Origin: Eubacterium sp.
GTDB taxonomy: Bacteria > Bacillota > Clostridia > Oscillospirales > Acutalibacteraceae
Assembly (NCBI GenBank): GCA_051881135.1
Contig: JBJEPH010000108.1
Span: 59,728 to 123,727, forward strand
Reading direction: 5' to 3'
Length of the DNA stretch: 64,000 bases
Shown: one piece after another, positions 45,349-54,733 of the stretch
Numbering within the stretch: the stretch's first letter is position 1
How the letters are laid out: the number at the start of each line of letters is the position of its first letter
Made by a program: the position numbers and the translations under genes
Notes under the pieces: model-generated
Seen by the model: only the letters and a program-made list of their open reading frames with translations
What the model was told of the DNA's origin: nothing
The model's database searches: none

Positions 45349-46824
45349 ATGGAAAATAAAAACTATGTTCCTAAAAAGGAATGGATGGCATACTGTGTCG
45401 GTGCGTTAGGTCAGGGTATGGTTTATGCAATTATGAGCTCGTACATTTCGGACTTTTACCTAAATGTACTAAAGGTTACGCCGATATTCGTATTATTGCT
45501 GATGCTTTTTGCAAGAATTTGGGACGCAATCAATGACCCTATTATGGGATATGCCGTTGACCACCTTAATTTAAAGCGAGGCAAAATGAAGCCGTATATC
45601 CTATACACTCCCATACCGGTTGCGATTTTAACTATGCTTCTGTTTTACGCACCTAATATTTCCGACACGATGCGTATGGTTTATGCAGGCATTACATATG
45701 TTGCATGGGGTATGATTTACACATCAAGCGATGTTCCGTTTTGGAGCCTTCCTAATGCATTAACTCCTAATGCAGACGAGCGCGGTTCAATTATATCAAA
45801 GGCAAGAACGGCAAACGGAATAGGCTCAGCCGTTCCTATGGCTATGTTTATGGCGCTTGGATTTATACTGCCCAAGCTTAACCTTGCAGGAACACAGCTT
45901 GAAAAAACGAAATATATAATTATGGCTTTAGTATGCTCCATAATTGGTAATCTGCTGTTTGTGAGAGTATATTTTAAAACAAAGGAAAGAGTTAATATTC
46001 CAGTACCGCCGAAGAAGGATAAGAGTCAACCTAACTCACTTAAGCTGATTTTAACCTGCAAGCCTCTTATGCTCACGGCATTGATGGGTATTTTATCTGC
46101 CGCAAGATATATGTTCCAGGCAGGCGCAGTTCATGTAGCAAGATATTCGTTTTACATCGGCAAGGACCCAAGCGCACTGACAGGTGCAGAGCTTGAAGCC
46201 GCATTACAATCCAACATTTCAACCGTATCAACCGTTATGGCTGCCGCAAGCGCAATAGGTATGTTCGGTGCTATGATAGCCGTAGTTCCGTTAATTAAGA
46301 AATTTTCATACAAATCAATTATCATTGTTTCGGCTGTTATAGGTGCGATATCCTCGCTCGCAATGTGGTTTATAGGATACGAGAATTTCTGGGCATGCGT
46401 TCCGCTTTTGGTTATCTCCTGTATCCCCTGCGGTACTATCAATGTTTGCGCATTTGCAATGGTTGGCGACTGCCTCGATTATATGGAGCTCAAAACCGGC
46501 GTGCGCCTTACAGGTATGGGCTCGGCTATACAGAGCTTTGTTACAAAGTTCGGCAACGCCATAGCAACATCTGCAATCATACTTATGTACATAATCGTTG
46601 ACCTTGATGTTTCAAGCATCTCTGCAAAGGTTACGGCTAATCCGCTTGATATGGACCCTGCCGTTAGAACAGGTATGTTCTCAATAATTTCGATTGTACC
46701 TGCAATTTCCCTGCTTCTTTGCATTATCCCTATGTTCTTCTATAAGCTTTCGGGAGAATACAGAGATAATATGGAAAAGGAGCTTGCAGAGCAAAGAAAG
46801 CAAAGAGGCATTGAAATTAGATAA
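45349..46824 (+). CDS. Glycoside-pentoside-hexuronide (GPH):cation symporter family MFS transporter
   Basis: 491 aa with about 12 TM. The N-terminal GPH signature region is LLMLFARIWDAINDPIMGY..D......GKMKPYIL. Confidence 0.9.
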   Translation: MENKNYVPKKEWMAYCVGALGQGMVYAIMSSYISDFYLNVLKVTPIFVLLLMLFARIWDAINDPIMGYAVDHLNLKRGKMKPYILYTPIPVAILTMLLFYAPNISDTMRMVYAGITYVAWGMIYTSSDVPFWSLPNALTPNADERGSIISKARTANGIGSAVPMAMFMALGFILPKLNLAGTQLEKTKYIIMALVCSIIGNLLFVRVYFKTKERVNIPVPPKKDKSQPNSLKLILTCKPLMLTALMGILSAARYMFQAGAVHVARYSFYIGKDPSALTGAELEAALQSNISTVSTVMAAASAIGMFGAMIAVVPLIKKFSYKSIIIVSAVIGAISSLAMWFIGYENFWACVPLLVISCIPCGTINVCAFAMVGDCLDYMELKTGVRLTGMGSAIQSFVTKFGNAIATSAIILMYIIVDLDVSSISAKVTANPLDMDPAVRTGMFSIISIVPAISLLLCIIPMFFYKLSGEYRDNMEKELAEQRKQRGIEIR

Positions 46825-46876
46825 TAATTATCAATGATTATTATTCAGTATTCAATTCTATATAAAGCAAAGCTAA

Positions 46877-46906
46877 CCCCCATTCAAGCAAATTCTTGAA
46901 TGGGGG
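46877..46906. terminator. Hairpin between convergent genes (GPH transporter / HTH-TPR regulator)
   Basis: CCCCCATTCAAG-CAAATT-CTTGAATGGGGG, a 12-bp stem. The U-tracts are weak. Confidence 0.5.
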
Positions 46907-46921
46907 CTTACTATTAATCTG

Positions 46922-48022
46922 TCATCTTAATATATCTTGAAATTCCTTTGTTGCCTTAAATTCATCGCTCAATTCATAATGCTTTGTCATCAATTCTTTA
47001 ATTCGCATTTGCATATTCATATTATGAAAGACACCCTCTTTTTCATAAAAGCGATAAACATATTCAGCATTTGGCGTTTCATCATATCTCTTTGCAGCTT
47101 CTACTGCAATTCTAAAATTATCAATCGCCTTTTCTTCGTTTCCGATTCCAAAATAGAGATATCCCAAGCGACCGTAGTTATAAATCAAGTGCATTCGGTT
47201 CTTGCAGTTTTTGTCACTGTCAAAAATCCTAAACAGCTCATTGATATGCTCGATAACATTTATCCTAAATTCAATTGAATACTTATCATCAAGACGGGAA
47301 ATGCAATGAATGAGTAAAGTGTTTTGAAGCAAATACAAAAGCTCCTCGATTGCATTTTCTCTAACATTTTCTATCTGCTTTTCATCGGTGTCCATCATTG
47401 CAAGATATTCTCTTGAATGGCTGAGTGCAGGCATTGAATTTAGAATATCCAACGCCTGATTACGATATTTTTCGTTATACCCACAGCATTGATAACGATA
47501 AAACAAATGCTCACACATCAAACGCTTAGACCAAATTCTGATGCTGTCATCCGTGCAGTTGTTCTGTATTTTCTTATAAATTGCCATTATTTCATCTGCA
47601 ATCTTTTCGTATTCGGAAAAGTCCTTATTTTTCCATTGTTCAACGGTTACATGGTCCTTCTCCTCACGAAAAAGCTCCATATATCTAACTAAAATGCGAT
47701 AGTCATTTGGAAATTCTTTAACTGCCCTCTTAAACTCTGTAAATACTGTTTTTCTGTCCTTTAAACGAAGCTTATCATACAAATCAAGATATTCGCAAAT
47801 TTTCTTTTCGTTTTTTGCCTTATCAAAGCCAAACAAATCGTCAATGGTTATATTAAAATAATCTGCAATAATCGGCAACATATTTATATCGGGATAGCTA
47901 TCCCCACGCTCCCATTTACTTATTGTTTGAAAGGACACGCCCAAATTATCTCCAAGCTTTTCCTGAGTTAAATCGTTTGCAGCTCGCAGCTCCTTTATTT
48001 TTTCACCAAAACAAATATTCAT
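46922..48022 (-). CDS. XRE-HTH transcriptional regulator with a long TPR-like helical C-terminal domain (RNPP-like architecture)
   Basis: 366 aa. The HTH is IKELRAANDLTQEKLGDNLGVSFQTISKWERGDSYPDINMLPIIADYFNITIDDLF. About 300 aa of helical repeats follow (e.g. LGYLYFGIGNEEKAIDNFRIAVEAAKRY). The gene is AT-rich. Confidence 0.85.
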   Translation of the reverse strand: MNICFGEKIKELRAANDLTQEKLGDNLGVSFQTISKWERGDSYPDINMLPIIADYFNITIDDLFGFDKAKNEKKICEYLDLYDKLRLKDRKTVFTEFKRAVKEFPNDYRILVRYMELFREEKDHVTVEQWKNKDFSEYEKIADEIMAIYKKIQNNCTDDSIRIWSKRLMCEHLFYRYQCCGYNEKYRNQALDILNSMPALSHSREYLAMMDTDEKQIENVRENAIEELLYLLQNTLLIHCISRLDDKYSIEFRINVIEHINELFRIFDSDKNCKNRMHLIYNYGRLGYLYFGIGNEEKAIDNFRIAVEAAKRYDETPNAEYVYRFYEKEGVFHNMNMQMRIKELMTKHYELSDEFKATKEFQDILR

Positions 48023-48170
48023 AAAATCACCTCAAAAAAAATAGAAGCTTCTTTAATCCTATATTAACTCATAAAAAGCAATAAAACAATAACATAATAG
48101 TTGAAAGCTATTCTCACACCGGTAGAATTATTCTGCAAGCGACATAATTCGGGATAGTTTTCTGCCTGCT

Positions 48171-48204
48171 TTACCCCCGTTACGAAATTCGTAACGGGGG
48201 TAAA
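48171..48204 (-). terminator. Strong hairpin 9 nt downstream of the ECF S-component gene
   Basis: A 16-bp perfect palindrome, TTACCCCCGTTACGAA-A-TTCGTAACGGGGGTAA. There is no clear U-tract. Confidence 0.5.
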
Positions 48205-48212
48205 CTATGTCT

Positions 48213-48905
48213 TTATTTATCTATCAGTCCGTATTTCTTGTTTACCCTGTCTATCTTTTTGATAAATAACTCACCAAAGAGAAACAAAAATACTGCGGTT
48301 GACGCACCGAACACGGCACTAAAGGGAGCACCTGCGGCATAAACAGAAAGTATGCCGTCAAGGGTTATGCTGTTTCCGTAAATTCCGAAAACGGTTGACA
48401 TATCCACTATAAGACCGTAAAGCACAAAGGTTAGTACAAATCCGACAGCGCAAAGCGTCCATCTGTTTGCCTTAACAGCCTTAAAAATCACTCCTGCAAG
48501 CAAGCCGATAAGTCCCATTGCCACCATTTGAAAGGGAGTCCACATTCCCTGACCGAATATGAAATTTGAAATGAAAGCCGAAAAGGCGCCGACAATGTAT
48601 CCCCTTTCTGCGCCGAAGCACACGCCGGATATAATTACCACAGCCGCGATAGGCTTTACCTGTGGGATAAGATAGAAGGCGGCTCTCGACACCACTGCAA
48701 GCGATATCATTGTTGCAAGAACGGTTATTTCCTTTGCGCCTGTGCTTTTACGCTCAAAGGAGGCAAAAAACGGAAGCATTGATATAATCAAAACAGCTAC
48801 GCCGGTTATATAGAAATTAATGCTTTGTGCATATAGAATTTGCCACACAACAACAAGAACAAGGCTTACGAGGGACAGATAGAATACAGTTATACTCTTT
48901 TTCAC
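48213..48905 (-). CDS. ECF transporter S (substrate-capture) component, substrate unknown
   Basis: 230 aa with 6 TM. It is the last gene of a T-A-S operon and overlaps the ATPase gene by 4 nt. Confidence 0.78.
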   Translation of the reverse strand: MKKSITVFYLSLVSLVLVVVWQILYAQSINFYITGVAVLIISMLPFFASFERKSTGAKEITVLATMISLAVVSRAAFYLIPQVKPIAAVVIISGVCFGAERGYIVGAFSAFISNFIFGQGMWTPFQMVAMGLIGLLAGVIFKAVKANRWTLCAVGFVLTFVLYGLIVDMSTVFGIYGNSITLDGILSVYAAGAPFSAVFGASTAVFLFLFGELFIKKIDRVNKKYGLIDK

Positions 48906-50392
48906 GCCATACCTCCGCTCTGCTCCAAATCGGACAGTGATACAACATTTTTTGCAATTCCGTTTGTTATTCTGCTAACCGTTGTGGTATAGAAATTAAG
49001 CGATGAAAAGAACTCCTGTCTTGCATTTGTTGAAACGATTTTTCCGTTTGAAATAAAGGAAACAAAGTCTGCATATTCACCTACAAAATCTATATCGTGG
49101 GAGGCAATTACTATGGTTTTTCCCATATCGCAAAGCTCCCTGAGCTTTTGTGCAAGCTTAACCTTAAGCACACAATCAAGCGCCTTTGTAGGCTCGTCCA
49201 AAAGGATAATGTCTGCGTTTGTCTGCAAAACCTTGGCAAGTGCAAGCCTTTGTGCCTGACCTCCCGAAATATCAAACGGATGGCTGTTTTTTATATCATC
49301 AATTTCCAAAAAATCCGTAAGCTCGCCGAATACAGCTTCGTCGGAGCATTTCTCCTTTGTGAACAAATCGAAGGGATTTTGGCACAAAAGAGCAACTCTT
49401 TTATCGGCTTTGATTTTTCCGTGATGCTGACAAAGAACCCTTGACATAACCTTTAACAGAGTGGATTTACCGCTTGCATTATTTCCTAAAACAGCATTGA
49501 TTTTCCCATCGTATATTTCAAGGCTCAAATCGCTTAAAACATCTTCGTTTTTATTATAGGCAAAGGAAATATGCTTTGCTTTAAGAGCAATTTCTGCTCT
49601 TTCTTTTTTAACATCAAGGGATTTAATTCCCTTTTCCCTAACGATTTGTCTGCACTCACTTACGGTTGACGCATTTTCATACAGCCTTTGCTGAATTGGT
49701 ACTGCATCGAGCATTTCGCTTTTACTGCTTATAAGATATCCTATCATACTCTTTGGAGGCAGGTTTTCAATAACCGTGCCGTCCTGCATAAGCAAAACCC
49801 TGTCCGCCTTTGAAAACAGCTCGCCCGACATATGCTCGCTCATAACTATTGTTGTTGAAAAATCGTTGTGAAGCTTTAGCACGGTAGAAATAAAGCGTTC
49901 GGCAGATATGGGGTCAAGCTGAGATGACGGCTCGTCCAATATTAAAATCTGCGGCTTCATAATCATAACCGAGGCGAGATTTAGTATCTGCTTTTCACCG
50001 CCTGACAGAGAAGAAACCTCCTTGTCAAGCTTTTCGGAAAGATTAAAATAGGATGCCGTTTCGTTTACTAAAAGCTCTATCTCGTCATAGGACATATTCA
50101 TATTTTCAAGTCCGAAGGAAAGCTCGCTTCTAACCTTATTTGTGACGATATTTTCCTCGACATTTTGAGAAACATAGCCAACGCTTGCACTAACCGTAAT
50201 TCTTCCCGTCAGCTCGCCCACCGGGGCAATTTCTTTTTTTAACAGCTTTAAAAGAGTTGATTTGCCCGCTCCGCTTTTGCCCAAAATCAAACAGAAGTCG
50301 CCATCATTTACACAAAAATCAATATCCCTAAGGGCAGGCTTATCGCTTAAGGCATAACGAAAATTCAGTTTTTCACACTTGATAATTTCCAA
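48902..50392 (-). CDS. ECF transporter fused double ATPase (EcfA-EcfA')
   Basis: It has two ABC cassettes. The Walker A motifs are GKSGAGKST and GNNASGKST. The signatures are LSGGEKQ and ISGGQAQ. TTG at 50392 follows a GGAGGG RBS; the ORF-track start is TTG at 50410. Confidence 0.9.
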   Translation of the reverse strand: MEIIKCEKLNFRYALSDKPALRDIDFCVNDGDFCLILGKSGAGKSTLLKLLKKEIAPVGELTGRITVSASVGYVSQNVEENIVTNKVRSELSFGLENMNMSYDEIELLVNETASYFNLSEKLDKEVSSLSGGEKQILNLASVMIMKPQILILDEPSSQLDPISAERFISTVLKLHNDFSTTIVMSEHMSGELFSKADRVLLMQDGTVIENLPPKSMIGYLISSKSEMLDAVPIQQRLYENASTVSECRQIVREKGIKSLDVKKERAEIALKAKHISFAYNKNEDVLSDLSLEIYDGKINAVLGNNASGKSTLLKVMSRVLCQHHGKIKADKRVALLCQNPFDLFTKEKCSDEAVFGELTDFLEIDDIKNSHPFDISGGQAQRLALAKVLQTNADIILLDEPTKALDCVLKVKLAQKLRELCDMGKTIVIASHDIDFVGEYADFVSFISNGKIVSTNARQEFFSSLNFYTTTVSRITNGIAKNVVSLSDLEQSGGMA

Positions 50393-51231
50393 AGCACACC
50401 CTCCGTACAATTAATTATTGCAGGCATTAAGCATAAAACGCAAAAGCCTATTAACGCCGTTAAATCAAAGCTTTCCATATAGATTTCCGGCTCAAACACA
50501 AACGAAATTTTATCGGAAAGCTTTGCGTAAATGACATATGCAAAAGCCATAGCCGACAGTAAAATAAGAATAATATCGGATGTTTTTATTTTATATCTGT
50601 TTCCCCTTATCGCCCTTGGATTATATCCCCTTGCCTGCATGGAATTTGAGGTAATTACGCTTGACTCGAGCGAGTAGGACACAAGGGAGGAAAAATTATC
50701 AATACCGTTTTTAAATTTTTCCTTTAAGGCTTTTGGCTTTTCTCCGCCGTTTAAGCCGAGCTTTGCCGTTTTTATATCCTCAAGCTTTTTTAAAAATCTC
50801 GGAATAAAGGAAAGCACCATAGAAAAAATCAGCGCTGTTTTAGGCATAAAGCGCAGAACATATAAAACCCTTTCGCTTTCCATAACCTGAGAAAAGGCAA
50901 AAAACCATACTATAACCGCCGACAGCACCACGCCCTGATTAAAGCCGTAAAAAAGGGCTTCAAGCGTGAATTCCGTATCGCCTAAGGTGAACAGGACATT
51001 AACACCGTAATGTGCAAAAAGCATATTAAAAATGCTGACAAAAAATATAATTGCCAGCAAAAATTTAAGGCGCAAAAATGCTTTTCTGCCCTGTAACATT
51101 ATTTCGTATATAACTGCGCCTGCAAGCGACACTGCGCTGAAAACAGGATTATAAACAGCTAAGGTTACAATAAAAACAAAGCCGAAAAATAAAAACTGAA
51201 ATATCGGATGTGTTTTACTGAATTTATCCAT
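50365..51231 (-). CDS. ECF transporter transmembrane component EcfT (CbiQ family)
   Basis: 288 aa and multi-TM. The conserved Arg-containing coupling-helix region is SMQARGYNP. Confidence 0.88.
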   Translation of the reverse strand: MDKFSKTHPIFQFLFFGFVFIVTLAVYNPVFSAVSLAGAVIYEIMLQGRKAFLRLKFLLAIIFFVSIFNMLFAHYGVNVLFTLGDTEFTLEALFYGFNQGVVLSAVIVWFFAFSQVMESERVLYVLRFMPKTALIFSMVLSFIPRFLKKLEDIKTAKLGLNGGEKPKALKEKFKNGIDNFSSLVSYSLESSVITSNSMQARGYNPRAIRGNRYKIKTSDIILILLSAMAFAYVIYAKLSDKISFVFEPEIYMESFDLTALIGFCVLCLMPAIINCTEGVLWKLSSVKN

Positions 51232-51275
51232 AGACTGCCCTTCCTAATACTCTATCCCGATGTAATATATGTGAA

Positions 51276-52304
51276 TTATCTGATTCTAACATCTTCCTTT
51301 GTTTTAAATCGGTAGCCGTAGTTATCCAAAATATGCATTTTGTTGAGCGCCTTTGTGGCACCCAAAGCAACGCAAAGGCTCGGATTAGGTGCAATCTCTG
51401 CATCCAAATCCAAAGCGTCCGCAAACAGCCTGTCTATGCCGTAAAGCTCTGCCGAGCCGCCTGTAATAATTATATGCGAGGTTGTTATATCTGCAACAAG
51501 CTGAGGTGAGGTTCTCTCAAACATAATCCTTGCGGCTGAAACAATTTCGTTTAATAAAGGCTTTAGGCAATGCAGGATTTCGTTGGAGTTAATCTCAACC
51601 GTCCTTGGCATACCGTCTATTGCACTTCTGCCCTTAGCCGTCATAGTAAGCTCCTCCTGACGAGGAACGGCACAGCCGATTTGCTTTTTTATTTCCTCTG
51701 CTGTTCTTACTCCGATAAGCACATCGTATTTTTCTCTGAGAAATTTTACAATTTCCTCGTCGAACGCATTGCCGGCAATTTTTACGGTTTCGGTTTGTGA
51801 CATAGAGCCCTGTGAAACAACAGCCATATCGGTTGTGCCTCCGCCTATGTTGATAACAAAAGCACCGTTTGGCTGATTAGGCTCAACACCTGCGCCAAAG
51901 GCGGCGCATAACGGCTCTTCAACCAAGCAAACAGACCTTGCACCCGCTTTGATAATAACCGACACAATCGTTCTTTTTTCTACATCGGTAGCAAGAGCAG
52001 GAACAGACGCAACTACTCTCGGCTTAAAAATATTCTTTTTGATAACCCTGTTAATGAAATACCTAATCATCTGCTGGGTTAAATCGTAGTTGCTGATAAC
52101 ACCGTCCTGTATTGGCTGAACGACCTTAACGCCCTTAGGCTCTCTGCCCTCAAGATAATACGCTCTTCTGCCTGCATAAAGCACTCTTTCGCTGTCGGTA
52201 TCATATGCAACATAACTCGGCTCGTTAATCACAACGCCCTTATCGGGTACGGTGATAACAAGGTTATTTGTTCCTAAATCTATACCTAAATCGTATCCAA
52301 ACAT
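51276..52304 (-). CDS. mreB: MreB/Mbl-family actin-like protein
   Basis: MFGYDLGIDLGTNNLVI...EPSYVAY...VQPIQDGVISNYD...INIGGGTTDMAVVS...IIITGGSAELYGIDRL. ATG at 52304 is preferred over the upstream TTG at 52316. Confidence 0.9.
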   Translation of the reverse strand: MFGYDLGIDLGTNNLVITVPDKGVVINEPSYVAYDTDSERVLYAGRRAYYLEGREPKGVKVVQPIQDGVISNYDLTQQMIRYFINRVIKKNIFKPRVVASVPALATDVEKRTIVSVIIKAGARSVCLVEEPLCAAFGAGVEPNQPNGAFVINIGGGTTDMAVVSQGSMSQTETVKIAGNAFDEEIVKFLREKYDVLIGVRTAEEIKKQIGCAVPRQEELTMTAKGRSAIDGMPRTVEINSNEILHCLKPLLNEIVSAARIMFERTSPQLVADITTSHIIITGGSAELYGIDRLFADALDLDAEIAPNPSLCVALGATKALNKMHILDNYGYRFKTKEDVRIR

Positions 52305-52405
52305 CAAATTCACCAATAATCGTTAAATAGTTAATTTACTATATTATAGCAAGATATAATTGTTTAAGCAAGCCGTTTTAGGCTTGTAATGAATCATATT
52401 AATTC

Positions 52406-54622
52406 CTACATAAACGGCTCTTCATTTTCGATAAAATATTTTAGAGCCGAATATCTCCTTGATTTTTTATCATTTTCCACCATAATGCGAATACTGTCCT
52501 CGTTGCCTATCAAAACGAGCATATTCTTTGCTCGGGTTAATGCAGTATAGAAAAGATTTCTGTATGCAAGCTTTTGAGGTACAGCCAAAACAGGCATAAC
52601 CACGGCTTCAAACTCGCTTCCCTGCGACTTATGAACCGTCATTGCATAGGCAAGCTCAAGCTCCTTAATATTCTCGGCAGAATACATTGCTTCCTTATCA
52701 TCATACTTAACATTGATGATATCGTTTGCACGGTCTATTTTTGTGAGAACACCGATGTCCCCGTTAAACACACCCGTTCCGCTCTCACCCATTCTGAACC
52801 ACGGAACGTCATAATTGTTTTTTATCTGCATAACCCTGTCGCCCTCACGGAGAATATACCCCTTATATCGAATTTCGTTTTTCTCCTTTGACGGAGGGTT
52901 TAAGCGTTCCTGCAAAACGGCATTTATATTTTGCGTGCCGACCTCGCCCTTACGGCTTGGACACAAAACCTGAATATCGCTCATAGGGTCATATCCGTAT
53001 GAGGACGGCAGGCGTAAGGTTACCAAATCGAGTATTTTCTTCGGTGCAAGATATTTTGAATTTTCTCTAAGCAAAAAGAAATCGCTTTCCGCCGAGTTAT
53101 CAAACACCGGCATTTCGCCCTTTACAACCCTGTGTGCATTTGTGACAATTTTGCTTTTCATAGCCTGACGGAATACTCTGTCGAGCGTAACAACATTAAT
53201 TACCCCACTGTCTATCATATCTCGCAGAACATTACCTGCGCCGACAGGAGGAAGCTGGTCGCGGTCACCCACCATAATCAGTCGGCAATGAAGCGGCAGG
53301 GCATCGAGCAAAGCGCAGAAAAGAGTTACATCAACCATAGAAAGCTCGTCAACAATTACGGCATCGCAATCGAGCGGATGCCGGAGGTCGTGCACAAAGC
53401 TTGGCGTATTTGAGCCGTCCTTATATTCAACCTCAAGCAATCTGTGTATGGTTTTTGCCTCATATCCTATAAGCTCCTCCATACGCTGTGCAGCCCGTCC
53501 AGTCGGTGCTGCAAGGCAAACCTTAAGTCCACGGTTTCTCATAAGCTGAACAATGCCCTTAACGGTTGTCGTTTTACCCGTACCGGGACCGCCTGTTAAG
53601 ATAAGAAGTCCTTTATTGACTGCAAGCTCTATTGCAAGGCGTTGCTTTTCATCAAACTTTATATTGCTGCTTTCTTCAAAAGCATATATTTCCGAAGCAT
53701 ATACCTCATTCTCTCGCGGAGGATAATTTACCATAATACGAATTTTGTCGGCAATATTTCTCTCGGCTGTGTATATCTCGGGCAAAAACAGAAACGCTCT
53801 GCCGTCTATTTCCTTTTGAACTATATCTTTATTTTCTATTGCATTATCAACGGCTATTTCAACTGCGTCCCTGTCACATTCAAGAAGCTGCTTTGCCGGC
53901 TCAAAAATTCTATCCCTCGGTATGCAGGTATGTCCGTTGCCTAAATTATGCCTTAAAATATAGCAAATTCCCGCTTGTGCCCTGTATGAAAAAGGTGGTT
54001 TATTAGGCAATCTCTCAACTATTTCATCGGCACGGTCAAAGGTAATTCCCGTGCTTTGACCTATAAGTGCATAGGGATTTGCGCTGATTATTTCAACAGC
54101 CTCAGCTTTAAGCAGGCTGTATGTTTTGATGGCTTCGCTCTGCGACAAGCCCAAATTTGTTAAGCCCATCAGGGTTTCACGAGCAGAAAACTGCGCTTTA
54201 AATTCCTTGGAAATCTGTCTTGCCTTTGCGTGAGAAATGCCCTTAATCGTTGCAAGGCGTGCAGGCTCGTTTTCGAGCACATCAAAGGTATTGGTGCCGA
54301 AGGCTTCAACAATTTTGGTTGCAGTCGCTTCTCTTATACCTCTGATAATGCCCGATGAAAGATAACGAAGAATACCGCCCACATCTGCAGGCAGTCTTTG
54401 TACAGCCGAGTCAGCCTTAAACTGTCTGCCGAAGCTTGGGTGAAAATCCCAAATGCCGCGACATTCAACCTCTGCGCCTATCATCAGCTCGCCTAAAACT
54501 CCGACAACGGTTACACCCTCCTCGCCGTTGTTTATCTCGGCAACTATGAAGCCGGTGTCTTCGTTAAAAAAGCTGACATCCTCAACTGTTCCTATTAAGC
54601 TTTCCAATACTTCCTCGGACAT
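52406..54622 (-). CDS. recD2: SF1B ATP-dependent DNA helicase RecD2
   Basis: 738 aa. It has the N-terminal HHH/OB region, the Walker A LTGGPGTGKTT, the motifs VDELSMVD and MVGDRDQLPPVGAGN, and a C-terminal SH3-like domain with the TVHKSQGSEF motif. Confidence 0.93.
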   Translation of the reverse strand: MSEEVLESLIGTVEDVSFFNEDTGFIVAEINNGEEGVTVVGVLGELMIGAEVECRGIWDFHPSFGRQFKADSAVQRLPADVGGILRYLSSGIIRGIREATATKIVEAFGTNTFDVLENEPARLATIKGISHAKARQISKEFKAQFSARETLMGLTNLGLSQSEAIKTYSLLKAEAVEIISANPYALIGQSTGITFDRADEIVERLPNKPPFSYRAQAGICYILRHNLGNGHTCIPRDRIFEPAKQLLECDRDAVEIAVDNAIENKDIVQKEIDGRAFLFLPEIYTAERNIADKIRIMVNYPPRENEVYASEIYAFEESSNIKFDEKQRLAIELAVNKGLLILTGGPGTGKTTTVKGIVQLMRNRGLKVCLAAPTGRAAQRMEELIGYEAKTIHRLLEVEYKDGSNTPSFVHDLRHPLDCDAVIVDELSMVDVTLFCALLDALPLHCRLIMVGDRDQLPPVGAGNVLRDMIDSGVINVVTLDRVFRQAMKSKIVTNAHRVVKGEMPVFDNSAESDFFLLRENSKYLAPKKILDLVTLRLPSSYGYDPMSDIQVLCPSRKGEVGTQNINAVLQERLNPPSKEKNEIRYKGYILREGDRVMQIKNNYDVPWFRMGESGTGVFNGDIGVLTKIDRANDIINVKYDDKEAMYSAENIKELELAYAMTVHKSQGSEFEAVVMPVLAVPQKLAYRNLFYTALTRAKNMLVLIGNEDSIRIMVENDKKSRRYSALKYFIENEEPFM

Positions 54623-54694
54623 AACAGCACCTTAAAATTTGATAATACACATTATACCATATATTCAGGCAATAATAAATACAAAAATAAAAAA

Positions 54695-54722
54695 AGACAG
54701 GTACTTTTGTACGTACCTGTCT
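54695..54722 (-). terminator. Intrinsic terminator after tuf
   Basis: AGACAGGTAC-loop-GTACCTGTCT followed by TTTTTTTATTTTTG on the minus strand. Confidence 0.78.
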
Positions 54723-54733
54723 TGGTTGGTTAA

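Noticed and set aside
48080-48106. 8-codon hydrophobic mini-ORF (MLLFYCFL) upstream of the HTH-TPR regulator, considered as a possible pheromone precursor
   Set aside because: It is too short, has no RBS and sits in AT-rich DNA where such ORFs arise by chance. I mention it only as something to examine under the RNPP-like finding.
51224-51424. 66-aa minus-strand ORF bridging the mreB 3' end and the ecfT start
   Set aside because: It is out of frame with and overlaps both well-supported genes. It has no RBS.
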